The notes beneath the pieces were generated by a model, which had not been told where the DNA came from, did not search any database, and saw nothing but the letters and a program-made list of their open reading frames with translations. Positions 1-11,800 of a stretch of 64,000 nucleotides of DNA are shown here, one piece after another. Positions within the stretch are counted from its first letter, which is position 1. Each line of letters starts with the position of its first letter. The stretch spans positions 496,001 through 560,000 of the forward strand of contig NC_092348.1 in the NCBI RefSeq assembly GCF_963676685.1, in the 5' to 3' direction. The position numbers and the translations under genes were made by a program. This DNA is from Mytilus edulis (Eukaryota).

Positions 1-92
1 CATACTTATTGGAGAAAAATATCATCTCAAGTTATAAAAGTTATTTTATATGATGGGTCTGGAAATTCAAACCACAACTTCTAGTTCTATGG

Positions 93-248
93 CAGTGGCG
101 GATCCAAGGGGAGGGTCCAGGGGTTGGAACTTGGAACACCCCTTTTTTTGGGACGATCAATGCAGTTGAATGGGGACATGTGGTTGGAACCCCCCTTTTG
201 TCCAGGGTTGGGAACCCCCCCTTTTTAAATTGTCTGGATCCGCCCCTG
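93..248 (+). mobile_element. MITE with CAG(T/G)GGCGGATCC TIR (hAT5-like, 5-bp TSD family)
   Basis: TIR CAGTGGCGGATCC/GGATCCGCCCCTG; flanks TATGG/GATGG; near-identical to 32048-32198. Confidence 0.8.
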
Positions 249-284
249 GATGGAACATCTCAATATCATCACCAAACACTTATA

Positions 285-845
285 AAGGTTTTCGTACACA
301 AGTGTATAGGATACACAGAAGTACACAAGTGTATAGGATACACAGAAGTACACAAGTGTATAGGATACACAGAAGTACACAAGTGTATAGGATACACAGA
401 AGTACACAAGTGTATAGGATACACAGAAGTTCGTACACAAGTGTATAGGATACACAGAAGGTTTTCGTACACAAGTGTATAGGATACACAGAAGGTTTTC
501 GTACACAAGTGTATAGGATACACAGAAGCTCACAAAACAAGTACACAAGTGTATAGGATACACAGAAGCTTACAAAACAAGTACACAAGTGTATAGGATA
601 CACAGAAGCTAACACTTATGGAGGTTTTCGTACACAAGTGTATAGGATACACAGAAGGTTTTCGTACACAAGTGTATAGGATACACAGAAGGTTTTCGTA
701 CACAAGTGTATAGGATACACAGAAGCTAACAAGTGTATAGGATACACAGAAGCTAACAAGTGTATAGGATACACAGAAGTACACAAGTGTATAGGATACA
801 CAGAAGTATAGGATACACAGAAGTATAGGATACACAGAAGCTCAC
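285..845. repeat. 27-bp minisatellite (GTACACAAGTGTATAGGATACACAGAA)
   Basis: About 19 copies with length variants. Confidence 0.95.
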
Positions 846-1681
846 AAAAATATCTGAATATTCAATGAGTGGCCATATCATGATTGTGTGTTTTATCTCA
901 ACAAAGTAGAAATACAAGGAACCTAAACAGTTTCTGTGTTTGGTGCAACTTTTGTTGACAATGACTTGACACCACCTGTTGTTTGATGGCTTAGAAATGA
1001 AATTACATTCATACAACATGCTGTACAATTCCATTGTCACCATGCTTATGTATAACATATCAACAAGGGGCTATTGTTTAATGGAATCAATCAGTACAGT
1101 TCATTTATATAAATGAACATAAAATAAGTCTATCTTTCTGGGAAATCATCATATTTCAATGCAACCAAATAATAAACTTTTAACTTGCGTGTCAAACATT
1201 TTGATATATTGGACATTATTTTTCTTTTAACAACTTCAAAACAAAAAATATTTATATTTCTTTTATTTTCTGATTTCTTGGACGATATTTAACAACTTTT
1301 TTTTCATTACAAATTCATTTCATCAATAGTACAAAATGATGAAATATACATTATTAAAATATTGCACAATTTTATAATCATCACAAAAAATCACATCACA
1401 ATCATATTTCATAATCAATATTAATATACAAAGTTTGTACAAATGCATTAAATATGTCAATTTTCAGATATCGTAAAATATTTTTTTCAAGACATAATCC
1501 TGTTCTACAAGTAATGTATATGTCTGAATTGTGATTCAATTCCCCCATAAAGCCTCAAATAAGTACTAAGATCAGAATGCCAAAGTATGTTTTTATAAGA
1601 ATATATAGGGTATATGTCAAGTAGACAACAACCTAACTACAAAACAATCCGAAGTCATCTAGAGGTCAAAATTTAGTCTAA

Positions 1682-1987
1682 AACAAGAATGTGTCCATAG
1701 TACACGGATGCCCCACTCACACTATCATTTTCTATGTTCAGTTGACCGTGAAATTGGGGTCAAAACTTTAATTTGGAATTATAATTACTAATTTAGAAAG
1801 ATCATATCATGGGGAACATGTGTACTAAGTTTCAAGTTGATTGGACTTCAACTTCTTCAAAAACTACCTTGACCCAAAACTTTAACCTGAAGCGAACGGA
1901 CGCACAGATGGACGAACGAACGGAGGATCGGAGGCACAGACCAGAAAACATAATGCCCCTCTACTATCGTAGGTGGGGCATAAAAAA
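1682..1987 (+). mobile_element. Non-autonomous Helentron/DINE-like (pearl-type) element
   Basis: ACAAG start, GGAC-type microsatellite, terminal hairpin ATGCCCC..GGGGCAT followed by an A-run. Homologous inverted copies at 36939-37308 and 51282-51582. Confidence 0.7.
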
Positions 1988-3124
1988 TCATTATCCTTCA
2001 ATTTATAAAGATTACTATTCCCATTTTTAAAGCACCTTTTTGGAATAGCTAATAACGGTAATAACAGGCAGAAAATGACCTATACAGAAAAATTGATGTC
2101 AAAAAGTTACTACACCCTTTGGAAAAAAGTCTGAAACTTTTCTTGAGACATAAAGACTTTATGATAAAGTGATCTCTAAATATAGATGTACAACAACTTT
2201 CTATACCTGTTGCACAAGTCTCATATTTCATTTTTGTTCAATCTTAATTTCTTTGTAAAGTTTTACAATTTTTTTACTGATATATGCCCTGTAAAAATGA
2301 AGGCACTTATACAATATATTCTTAAAAAAATTTGGTGAAAGAGGTATTATCTAACCTGATTACTAAATATGGCCATGGTGAGATCTTATTCAAATCTTCC
2401 ACTATTAAATGTCTTATAGCACATAAAGGGTTAGAATATATCTAAATGCCAAGTGAGAAAAAATGCTACAAAATAAACATTTTTAAAGAATTTAAAACAA
2501 CCTGTCAGTTTTGTAGTTATCTCCCCTTGTATAAATATATAATTTTCCAATAAAACAATTGATGCAGTCAAAAATACCATGACATTAAATTTTGCTTAAT
2601 ATTATATATTATAACATGTGCTTAATATTGTATAAATGATATTGCTTAATATTGAATAACATAAAATGTGCTTTATATTTTATAATGACATGTGCTTATA
2701 ATATTTGTTATTAAAGAGATTCAAAGCATATTTAAATGTTTTAATGATTAAAATTTCATACTGTTTAATCAGACACGTAATTGTGACAGTTTATAAACAA
2801 CCATGGGTAAAACCTCAACCAACACACCTTATAATTTACAATTAAAGATGTCTGTTTATAACATAAGTGACAACCCATTATCATTGTTTAATATGTTGGA
2901 TAGTATGGACTGTATACAATAGGAGAAAGGGAGACAACTCCCTAAGCCAATTCATTGAAAAATATATAATTATTTCTGGAGAAAAAAATGTGGGATAAAA
3001 ACATAATAATTACAAGTTGTTTAGCACCATCTTTATAGTTAAACAAATCTTCTTCCATTGCTTCCATAGTAAGAAAAAAAAATAATTATAAACTTGATGC
3101 CAAAATGTAAATATTTACTATATA

Positions 3125-3333
3125 CTGTGGATTCATTTATTTTCGTGGGTACCAATTTTCGTGGATAGAGTAAAACCAGCATTTTCGTGGATATATGATT
3201 TCGTGGTTTTGCCAATTTCTGCATTCAAAACCTATAGAAAATGTGTTATTCGTTGAACATTTGAATTCGTGGTTCACCTGTACCCACGAAAACCACGAAA
3301 ATTGGTATCCAACGAATAATAATGAATCCACAG
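3125..3333. mobile_element. MITE with TA target (Tc1/mariner-like)
   Basis: TIR CTGTGGATTCATT/AATGAATCCACAG flanked by TA; internal TTTCGTGG repeats. Confidence 0.8.
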
Positions 3334-6300
3334 TAAGCAATTTAGTGTTCAGTATAAACATATAGTATGAATATTTTATAAGGATGTGACAACTGAAAGA
3401 AAACAAGTCATTTCATTATCTGTCTTCATATAAACTGTTATGTTTAGATAATTAAAGATGAAACTACTTACTTTTAAAACCTTGGCTACCAGTCTGACAA
3501 CAACTTTTAACATTAAATATGAATGTAATTTTCAGCTATATTTATAGAAATAATGTGAGAAATGACAGATACTAAAAATGTGACTTGACTAGACCTAGTA
3601 TAATGTAGGAGTTTGTTCCCTTGTATTCACAACCATTACACTTACGCTGCCCTTGACTGGACTGAAAAATTCTAAGGCAAGTTTTAATGTAGTTTTGGAG
3701 ATTCTGAAAGCCTCGATCACTTAAGTTTTACATTATCGGATTAGTTAATATTTATTTTCGATGTAAAGGTTTTAATTATAAATTTTAAACATTTTGTAAC
3801 AACAATTTATAATGGATGTATCACCTGTGAGTGATGTTGTTATACAGTTGACTGCCAAAACATTTAGGTCCACTTTAATATCAGTGAAATACAAATAAAT
3901 ATAATTTGCTCAGGGTGCTATCTCTTGAATTTGAAGAAGCATTGTTTTCAAATTTGTTAAATTCCATGAAGCTTTCATGAGGATGTTCAAGTTTTTAAAA
4001 TCTGTTACAACAGACTGTACCCATATGATAGTAAATTACTGCTATTGGCAGAAAAATCAAACTTTTTTCTTGATTATAAAAAGGAATGTTATATGCTTCT
4101 AAAATCCAAGAAGGAATGAAAGGTGAGTGACAATTTCAAAACTAAATCCCTAACCTGTTGACAAAACTAAAAAAAACCTATTAAAGTCAATTAATTTGTA
4201 AAATACAGAATGAACAAACAAAAAATGTTCTCCAAAATATTTTGCAAGATGCAAATTCTTTATCATTGATCAGGAAGAAAGTTTTCTCCAAGTTTCCAAA
4301 ATTTCCATTAATGTTTGTTAAAATTATTGATGTCTAAAAAAAAACTTTAAACACATATTGAACCTAAATACTGACAACACAATAACACAATCTTGTCTTC
4401 TCAATATTTGCAAGAGAGACAAAGCGGCTATAATCTTCTCCAAACTTTTTACTGTTAAACACTTTAATATAAAATTTATGGCTTACATTGTTATTCAAAA
4501 TATTATTTAGTTTAGAGGGGAACTAATAGCTATTCATCTTGGCCTTTTTACCCAGATTTTGAGTTTATGTGACCAAACTATGTCAATTCCTAAATTCTCA
4601 TCTAGCTTTCAATTTGGGCAGGCTGGGTAGCTTTTTATTTTTTTTCACTTCTTGTGATATAAACATTATTTCTTCATAAAATAGGACAGACCATGATTCT
4701 ATTATAAGCACATTGAAAAAAATAAATAAAAATCTGTATAAATAATGACTTCCCTTTGGTATTAAGAAAATCTAGAAATAAGTTTGTCTTGCCTTATAAG
4801 AAAGCTAACAGCTTATTAATATGCATTGTTTGTTTTAAAGCATTGTAAACGTGTAGATTTTAAAAAGCGCTAAAAGTAAACCATTCAATTAGCACTAATA
4901 AAAGCTCTGATTAATTAATGATCTTATGGTACATAAATAACACAATCTGATTAATGACAATATACAATATTTATATAAAAATAATTTGTCTATCATAAAA
5001 AGCTTGTCATACATCTGAGAGTAATGTTTACAAAGCATAGAATTGAGCAAGAACAATGGATGGTACAAGATCAATGAATGGACATATACTCTACATAGTA
5101 TACTTTAACAATAATGACATTATTTATGGAAAATCTAGACATAACAAAAAGTTGAAAAATATGTATAGAAATACAAAAAAAGAAGATTTGGTATGGTTGA
5201 CAATAAGACACCTATTTACCATACGTCAAAATTTGCCTACACACTAAATAAATTAAAAATACAAAGGTCAGTGAAGATTTGGTGGTCTTTCGTGGCACTT
5301 AGGTCGGGGTGTTGTCTCTTTGACATATTCCCTATTTCTATTCACTATTCTATTGTTATGTAAAATAGTAAGAAAATTGTAAATTTAGGGGTCTAGGGAT
5401 CATTTTTGAAAATCCTGGAACAGTCAGAATGAAGAGTTAATTGGAGTTAATTGTCCTTTGATGAAATAATGTATTTTCCCCAAATTTTGACGCTGAATTT
5501 ATACTTCTTAAATTATGGAATCATTTTAAAGATGAATAAAACAAAACATATCTGTCAATTGCATTAAATTTGTACTTATAAATAAACACATAACTTTCAG
5601 ACTTTACAAACAAATCACATTAACATAACATTTATATTATGCATCAATAAAGCACTAATGATATTGTTCAACAACATAATATTACCTTGTTATAAGTCAT
5701 AAACCAAAAGAAAATTATGACAACTCAGTTATCTTCTAAAGAGTTACAATTTATTTTAAATAACTACAAGTTTCACATTCTTTCTATCATACTGATTCTA
5801 TTTCTTTGACCTATAGCTGTATACTAACCCTTTGGTATACTTTTCAGTACTTTTTAACTAAGAAACTGACCTAAGCAAAAAACTATATGATGCTCCCTGT
5901 CAGATAGACATATGCACCTGATGAATTAAAATCTGTATCATACATTGATATTTATAGAACACGTATAGTTGACATGAAAAATCGATAGCAGATAATTTGA
6001 CCAAAGCAAGAAACCTGATGGACGTATACACTTACAATTCATTAGATCAAATAAAGGCCAAATTTGACCTTGACTTTACTAACAAGAAAATATACACAAA
6101 TTGTATCTTAGCACTAAATGTTAAATGTAGCTTGGTCTATAGAGAAGCAATAATATTTAGCTACTGGCAGTGAAAATCTTTACATAGAGAAGATGAGAAC
6201 ATATCTAGTAATAATTTGATTGGTGTTTAACACCACTGTCAGCACAATTGTACTATTGTGTGGTGGTCAGTCTTAATGGGTGGAGGAAGCCACAGTCCCC

Positions 6301-7608
6301 AGAGAGGACTACCAACCTTCTGTAGGAAAATCTATCAATAAAACTCTGGTGTACTATTGCTTTATATTAAAACATAACTTTGGCTTATGACCTTGGGCTA
6401 AATCACAAGGACACAAGGATAACACATTCTTACTTCCTATGTTCATAATAATATTACTTTGTTAATTAGATACTCATTAAATTTGGATATAATTGGTTTA
6501 AAAAAAACATTTCCATACGCCAACTCTTGATTCAATTTAGCAAAAACAATAATCACAACCAAGTTGTGAAACTGTCAACCTCACCTTAAAACTTTAGTCC
6601 TTCACATAAAATGGCAGTGATTGTAACAACTATGACAGATCAGTATTCACAAGCTATGTAATTAAAATCTTGACAAACTGTTTCTTGTTTTGAAACATAA
6701 AGACAAATGTATAAAGTATTTAGTGAACATTTCTTTGGTAAATAGCACCATACTTAAGAGGTAAACTTGAACTTTGATCTTATATATAAGCAGTCCTTAA
6801 GATTTTCCTATCATTTCCTTAATAATAATTAATTATCTAAAATTATTTCCTTCTTTCAATACTTCCTGTTCAATTTAATTTGACAATTAATCTAATCAAC
6901 ATGTTTCAGTCTATTTCCCCATCCTACTTTACAAGTTTAGTTCATCCAAAGTTATTTTTCACCAATCTAGGTAAGGGTTTTCCAAGAGATAAATAATTGG
7001 AATATCTTTACTCCCTTATCTTTTTAAACAACTAGAGGATATTTCACCAGTTCTCCTGATTTTCATGCATAATAGAAAACAATTAAAATGCTGTTGGTAC
7101 ATTTACAAAAGTAAAGAATATTTCCAACTCAGAAAAAAAAATTAATGAATCTATTCACAATTACTATAATGCCTATGGTTTAATGACTGCTATTGTACTA
7201 TCGAGGTTTCAGAATCTCCTATTGCGTTAATGCCTAACTTTTTCATGAATGGGATAGTCTACAATTTACTACTAAGATTTTCTTGGCCTTATAAACATTT
7301 TATAAAATTGATAATGACATCTGAAAATATTTTTTTAAAGTTTTTACCTTTTTTCAGATCAATAAGATTCTGCTTTTAGCATATCTATAAGAAACAGACT
7401 TCATTCAAATTAATTCATCTTAACTTTAGTTGATTCCTAGTTAATCTATGTTGATGTTACAGAGGCATAGCATATTAACTGATTAAATCTGTGAATTCTG
7501 ATGTAAAACAGTTAATGAACTTGCATAGTTAAACTGCACCCTATGCTTAAAGAAACTGCTGAAAATATTAATATGTGTATAAATTAAGTATATGCCAAGA
7601 CTTATAAA

Positions 7609-8642
7609 TAACCAGGTGCTCCACAGGGCGCAGCTTTAAATGACCGCAGATCTGAATTTGGTTTGTGATCAAATTCTTGACATAATATGAGTTTCTTACA
7701 CAAAGCAAATATCAAGATCTTACAAATCTATTGTGCAATTAAAGATTTCTTCTTAAAAAAAACTACTACCACCCCCTTTTTTTTGCAATAAGTCCAAAAC
7801 CTGACATTTCTTTATACATTATTTACAAGTAGTGTAAGGGAGGTAAATCAGAACATACCAAACATTGTATGTTAACTGTTTTTGATTTACCTCCCCTGCT
7901 TTTTAATTGTCTTTATTGTCCATTGACCAGAAAAAACTAGTTTCCCCCCTTTTTTGCCCCTAATTCCGAGACATTTTGAGCCATAACCCCCCCCCCCAAA
8001 GTCATTACTAACCATCCCTTAATGGTATGGGAACTTGTGGTATAGTTTCAGAGATATTCATCTACTTAAACACAAGTTATTGTTTGAAAACTACAAATAT
8101 GCTTATTTTGGGCCCTCTTTTTGGTCCCGATTGGAACCATAACCCCCAAAATCAATCCCAACCTTCCTTTAAAAGTATTGAACCTTCTGGTAAAAATTTA
8201 TAGAGATCCATTCACTAATTCTAAAGTTATTTGTCGGAAAACCTAGTTTTCCCGCTTTTTTGCCCCTAATTCTAAAACATTTTGAGCCATTACCCCAAAG
8301 TCATAACTAACCATCCCTTCGTGGTATGAAAACTTGTGGTATAATTTCAGAGAGATTCATACACTTAAACACAAGTAACCGTTATTGTTTGAAAACGACA
8401 AAAATGCTTATTTTGGACCCCTTTTGGGCCCCTAATTCCTTAACTATTGGGACCATACCCCCCTAAATCAATCCCAACCTTCCTTTAGTGGTATTGAACC
8501 TTCTGGTAAAAATTTATAGAGATCCATTCACTAAATCTAAAGTTATTGTCTGGAAACTAAATGGGTTTTCTGGAGACACAGACTACGACGACAACATGAT
8601 AGCATTATACGACGCAATTTTTTTTTTGAGGTTCTATAAAAA
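7609..8642 (+). mobile_element. Helentron/DINE-like element with an internal duplication of about 300 bp
   Basis: ACCAGGTGCTCC start, duplicated CCCTAATTC/AATCCCAACCTTCC blocks, GACGAC microsatellite and terminal hairpin remnant. Confidence 0.55.
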
Positions 8643-8854
8643 TCTTAAATTTTAGATTATTGAAAATGCACATATCCTTCAATCAAATTATGCATGTGAC
8701 CTTCAGACTACTTGAGAAGTACTATGCACTACCGGGAAATGATAAAAATCTATACAAAAATGTACAATATCACAAAGATCTCAAAAATATAAATAAATGT
8801 TCACATAATCTCATGACAATATTTTGAACGGACAAGACACAGAGATTCTATTTA

Positions 8855-11800
8855 TCAGCTGATGATTTGTAGCGTCAGATCACTGTTCCTAGAGTTGTCT
8901 CCCCTACCCTCAGGTTTATCCTGATTAGAGTTGTCTCCCCTACCCTCAGGTTTATCCTGATTATTTGTCTCTGTCAATGGCACTAAAGTGTTTGTTGTTA
9001 CAGTCTGATTATTGAGCAAATCAAATGAAAAGCTACGTCTAAATGACGATGTTGTTGATGACTGCCGTCGTAATAATGGAGGCTTGCCTAAAACTGATTC
9101 ATGGCTTCTTGCAAGAATTTGTAAAGCTGTGTCATAATTTGGAGGTGGTGTCATTGGTGGTTGGTCCTCTGATGGGGGTCTTAATGCTCGATCCTAAAAA
9201 CAAATAGGAAGAAAAATTACATTAATCTATTCTGATGGGGGTCTTAATGCTTGGTCCTAAAATAATATACAGAAAAATTACAATATGTCTGATTCTTTCC
9301 ATCTACAACTTATTGAAGGTATAACTTTTGTGAAAATTATAAATATAATCAATATATTGTCCTGCAATCTATCAGAAGAGTTGTAAAAAATGTATTCTGA
9401 TGCAATTTGTTTGTAACAAATATTTTCATTGGACGTTGACACATATTTTGAAGGTTTTTTTGGGGGGTACCTGTATGTAATTTCTCAAAAAATAAGCAAG
9501 AAAGTCATTTGTGCCTCAAAAGCTTCATTTCGTCAACATTAGAACTATTCAGAAGCATTCAAAAAATTATAACTTTGTCTAGTGTTCATGTTTGGCGTTG
9601 GGAGTATACATATAACTTTGTCTAGTGTTTATGTTTGGCGTTGGGAGTATACATATAACTTTGTCTAGTGTTTATGTTTGGCGTTGGGAGTATACATATA
9701 ACTTTGTCTAGTGTTTATGTTTGGCATTGGGAGTATACATATAACTTTGTCTAGTGTTTATGTTTGGTGTTGGGAGTATACATATGACTTCACATTGTTT
9801 ATGTTTGGTGTTGGGAGTATACATATAACTTTGTCTAGTGTTTATGTTTGGTGTTGGGAGTATACATATAATTTTGTCTAGTGTTTATGTTTGGTGTTGG
9901 GAGTATACATATAATTTTGTCTAGTGTTTATGTTTGGCGTTGGGAGTATACATATGACTTTGTCTAGTGTTCATGTTTGGTGTTGGGAGTATACATATAA
10001 TTTTGTCCAGTGTTTATGTTTGGTGTTGGGAGTATACATATAATTTTGTCTAGTGTTTATGTTTGGCGTTGGGAGTATACATATGACTTTGTCTAGTGTT
10101 CATGTTTGGTGTTGGGAGTATACATATAACTTTGTCTAGTGTTTATGTTTGGTGTTGGGAGTATACATATAATTTTGTCTAGTGTTTATGTTTGGCATTG
10201 GGAGTATACATTTGACTTTGTCTAGTGTTTATGTTTGGTGTTGGGAGTATACATATGACTTTGTCTAGTGTTTATGTTTGGCGTTGGGAGTATACATATG
10301 ACTTTGTCTAGTGTTTATGTTGGTGTTGGGAGTATACATATAATTTTGTCTAGTGTTTATGTTTAGTGTTGGGAGTATACATATAACTTTGTCTAGTGTT
10401 TATGTTTGGCGTTGAGAGTATACATATAACTTTGTCTAGTGTTTATGTTTGGCGTTGGGAGTATACATATAACTTTGTCTAGTGTTTATATTTGGCGTTG
10501 GGAGTATACATATAACTTTGTCTAATGTTTATGTTTGGCTTTGGGAGTATACATATGACTTTGTCTAGTGTTTATGTTTGGCGTTGGGAGTATACATATA
10601 ACTTTGTCTAGTGTTTATGTTTGGTGTTGGGAGTATACATATAACTTTGTCTAGTGTTTATGTTTGGCTTTGGGAGTATACATATGACTTTGTCTAGTGT
10701 TTATGTTTAGCGTTGGGAGTATACATATAACTTTGTCTAGTGTTTATGTTTGGCGTTGGGAGTATACATATAACTTTGTCTAGTGTTTATGTTTGGCGTT
10801 GGGAGTATACATATGACTTTGTCTAGTGTTTATGTTTGGTGTTGGGAGTATACATATAATTTTGTCTAGTGTTTATGTTTAGCATTGGGAGTATACATAT
10901 AACTTTGTCTAGTGTTTATGTTTGGTGTTGGGAGTATACATATAATTTTGTCTAGTGTTTATGTTTGGTGTTGGGAGTATACATATAACTTTGTCTAGTG
11001 TTTATGTTTGGTGTTGGGAGTATACATATAACTTTGTCTAGTGTTTATGTTTGGCGTTGGGAGTATACATATGACTTCACATTGTTTATGTTTGGTGTTG
11101 GGAGTATACATATGACTTTGTCTAGTGTTTATGTTTGGTGTTGGGAGTATACACATGACTTTGTCTAGTGTTTATGTTTGGCGTTGGGAGTATACATATG
11201 ACTTCACATTGTTTATGTTTGGTGTTGGGAGTATACATATGACTTTGTCTAGTGTTTATGTTTGGCGTTGGGAGTATACATATGACTTTGTCTAGTGTTT
11301 ATGTTTGGCGTTGGGAGTATACATATAACTTTGTCTAGTGTTTATGTTTGGCGTTGGGAGTATACATATGACTTCACATTGTTTATGTTTGGTGTTGGGA
11401 GTATACATATGACTTTGTCTAGTGTTTATGTTTGGCGTTGGGAGTATACATATGACTTTGTCTAGTGTTTATGTTTGGCGTTGGGAGTTTACATATAACT
11501 TTGTCTAGTGTTTATGTTTGGCGTTGGGAGTATACATATGACTTTGTCTAGTGTTTATGTTTGGCGTTGGTAGTATACATATGACTTCACATTGTTTACC
11601 CTACCAAAGACAATGCAACAGTTTCACCAACTTTTTCATTTATGGCATTTTATGCTAAAATATTTATTAAATCGAATTTATTCTTATATGTGGCATTAGA
11701 ATGGAGATTACAGTATTGTATTTCAAGCTTGGATTTCATAATACTTGTTTTTACTGTTGCAAATATCCTTTTACCTTGCTCCGCTACATATCCCTAGGTA

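Noticed and set aside
170-1058. Overlapping repetitive ORFs at the window start
   Set aside because: Products of a MITE and a 27-bp minisatellite.
1100-8800. Additional protein-coding gene
   Set aside because: No convincing exons found; AT-rich sequence with TE remnants, possibly a long 3'UTR or intergenic DNA.
9568-11597. CRISPR-like appearance of this and the other 34-43 bp arrays
   Set aside because: Units are directly adjacent with no unique spacers, there are no cas genes, and the context is eukaryotic.
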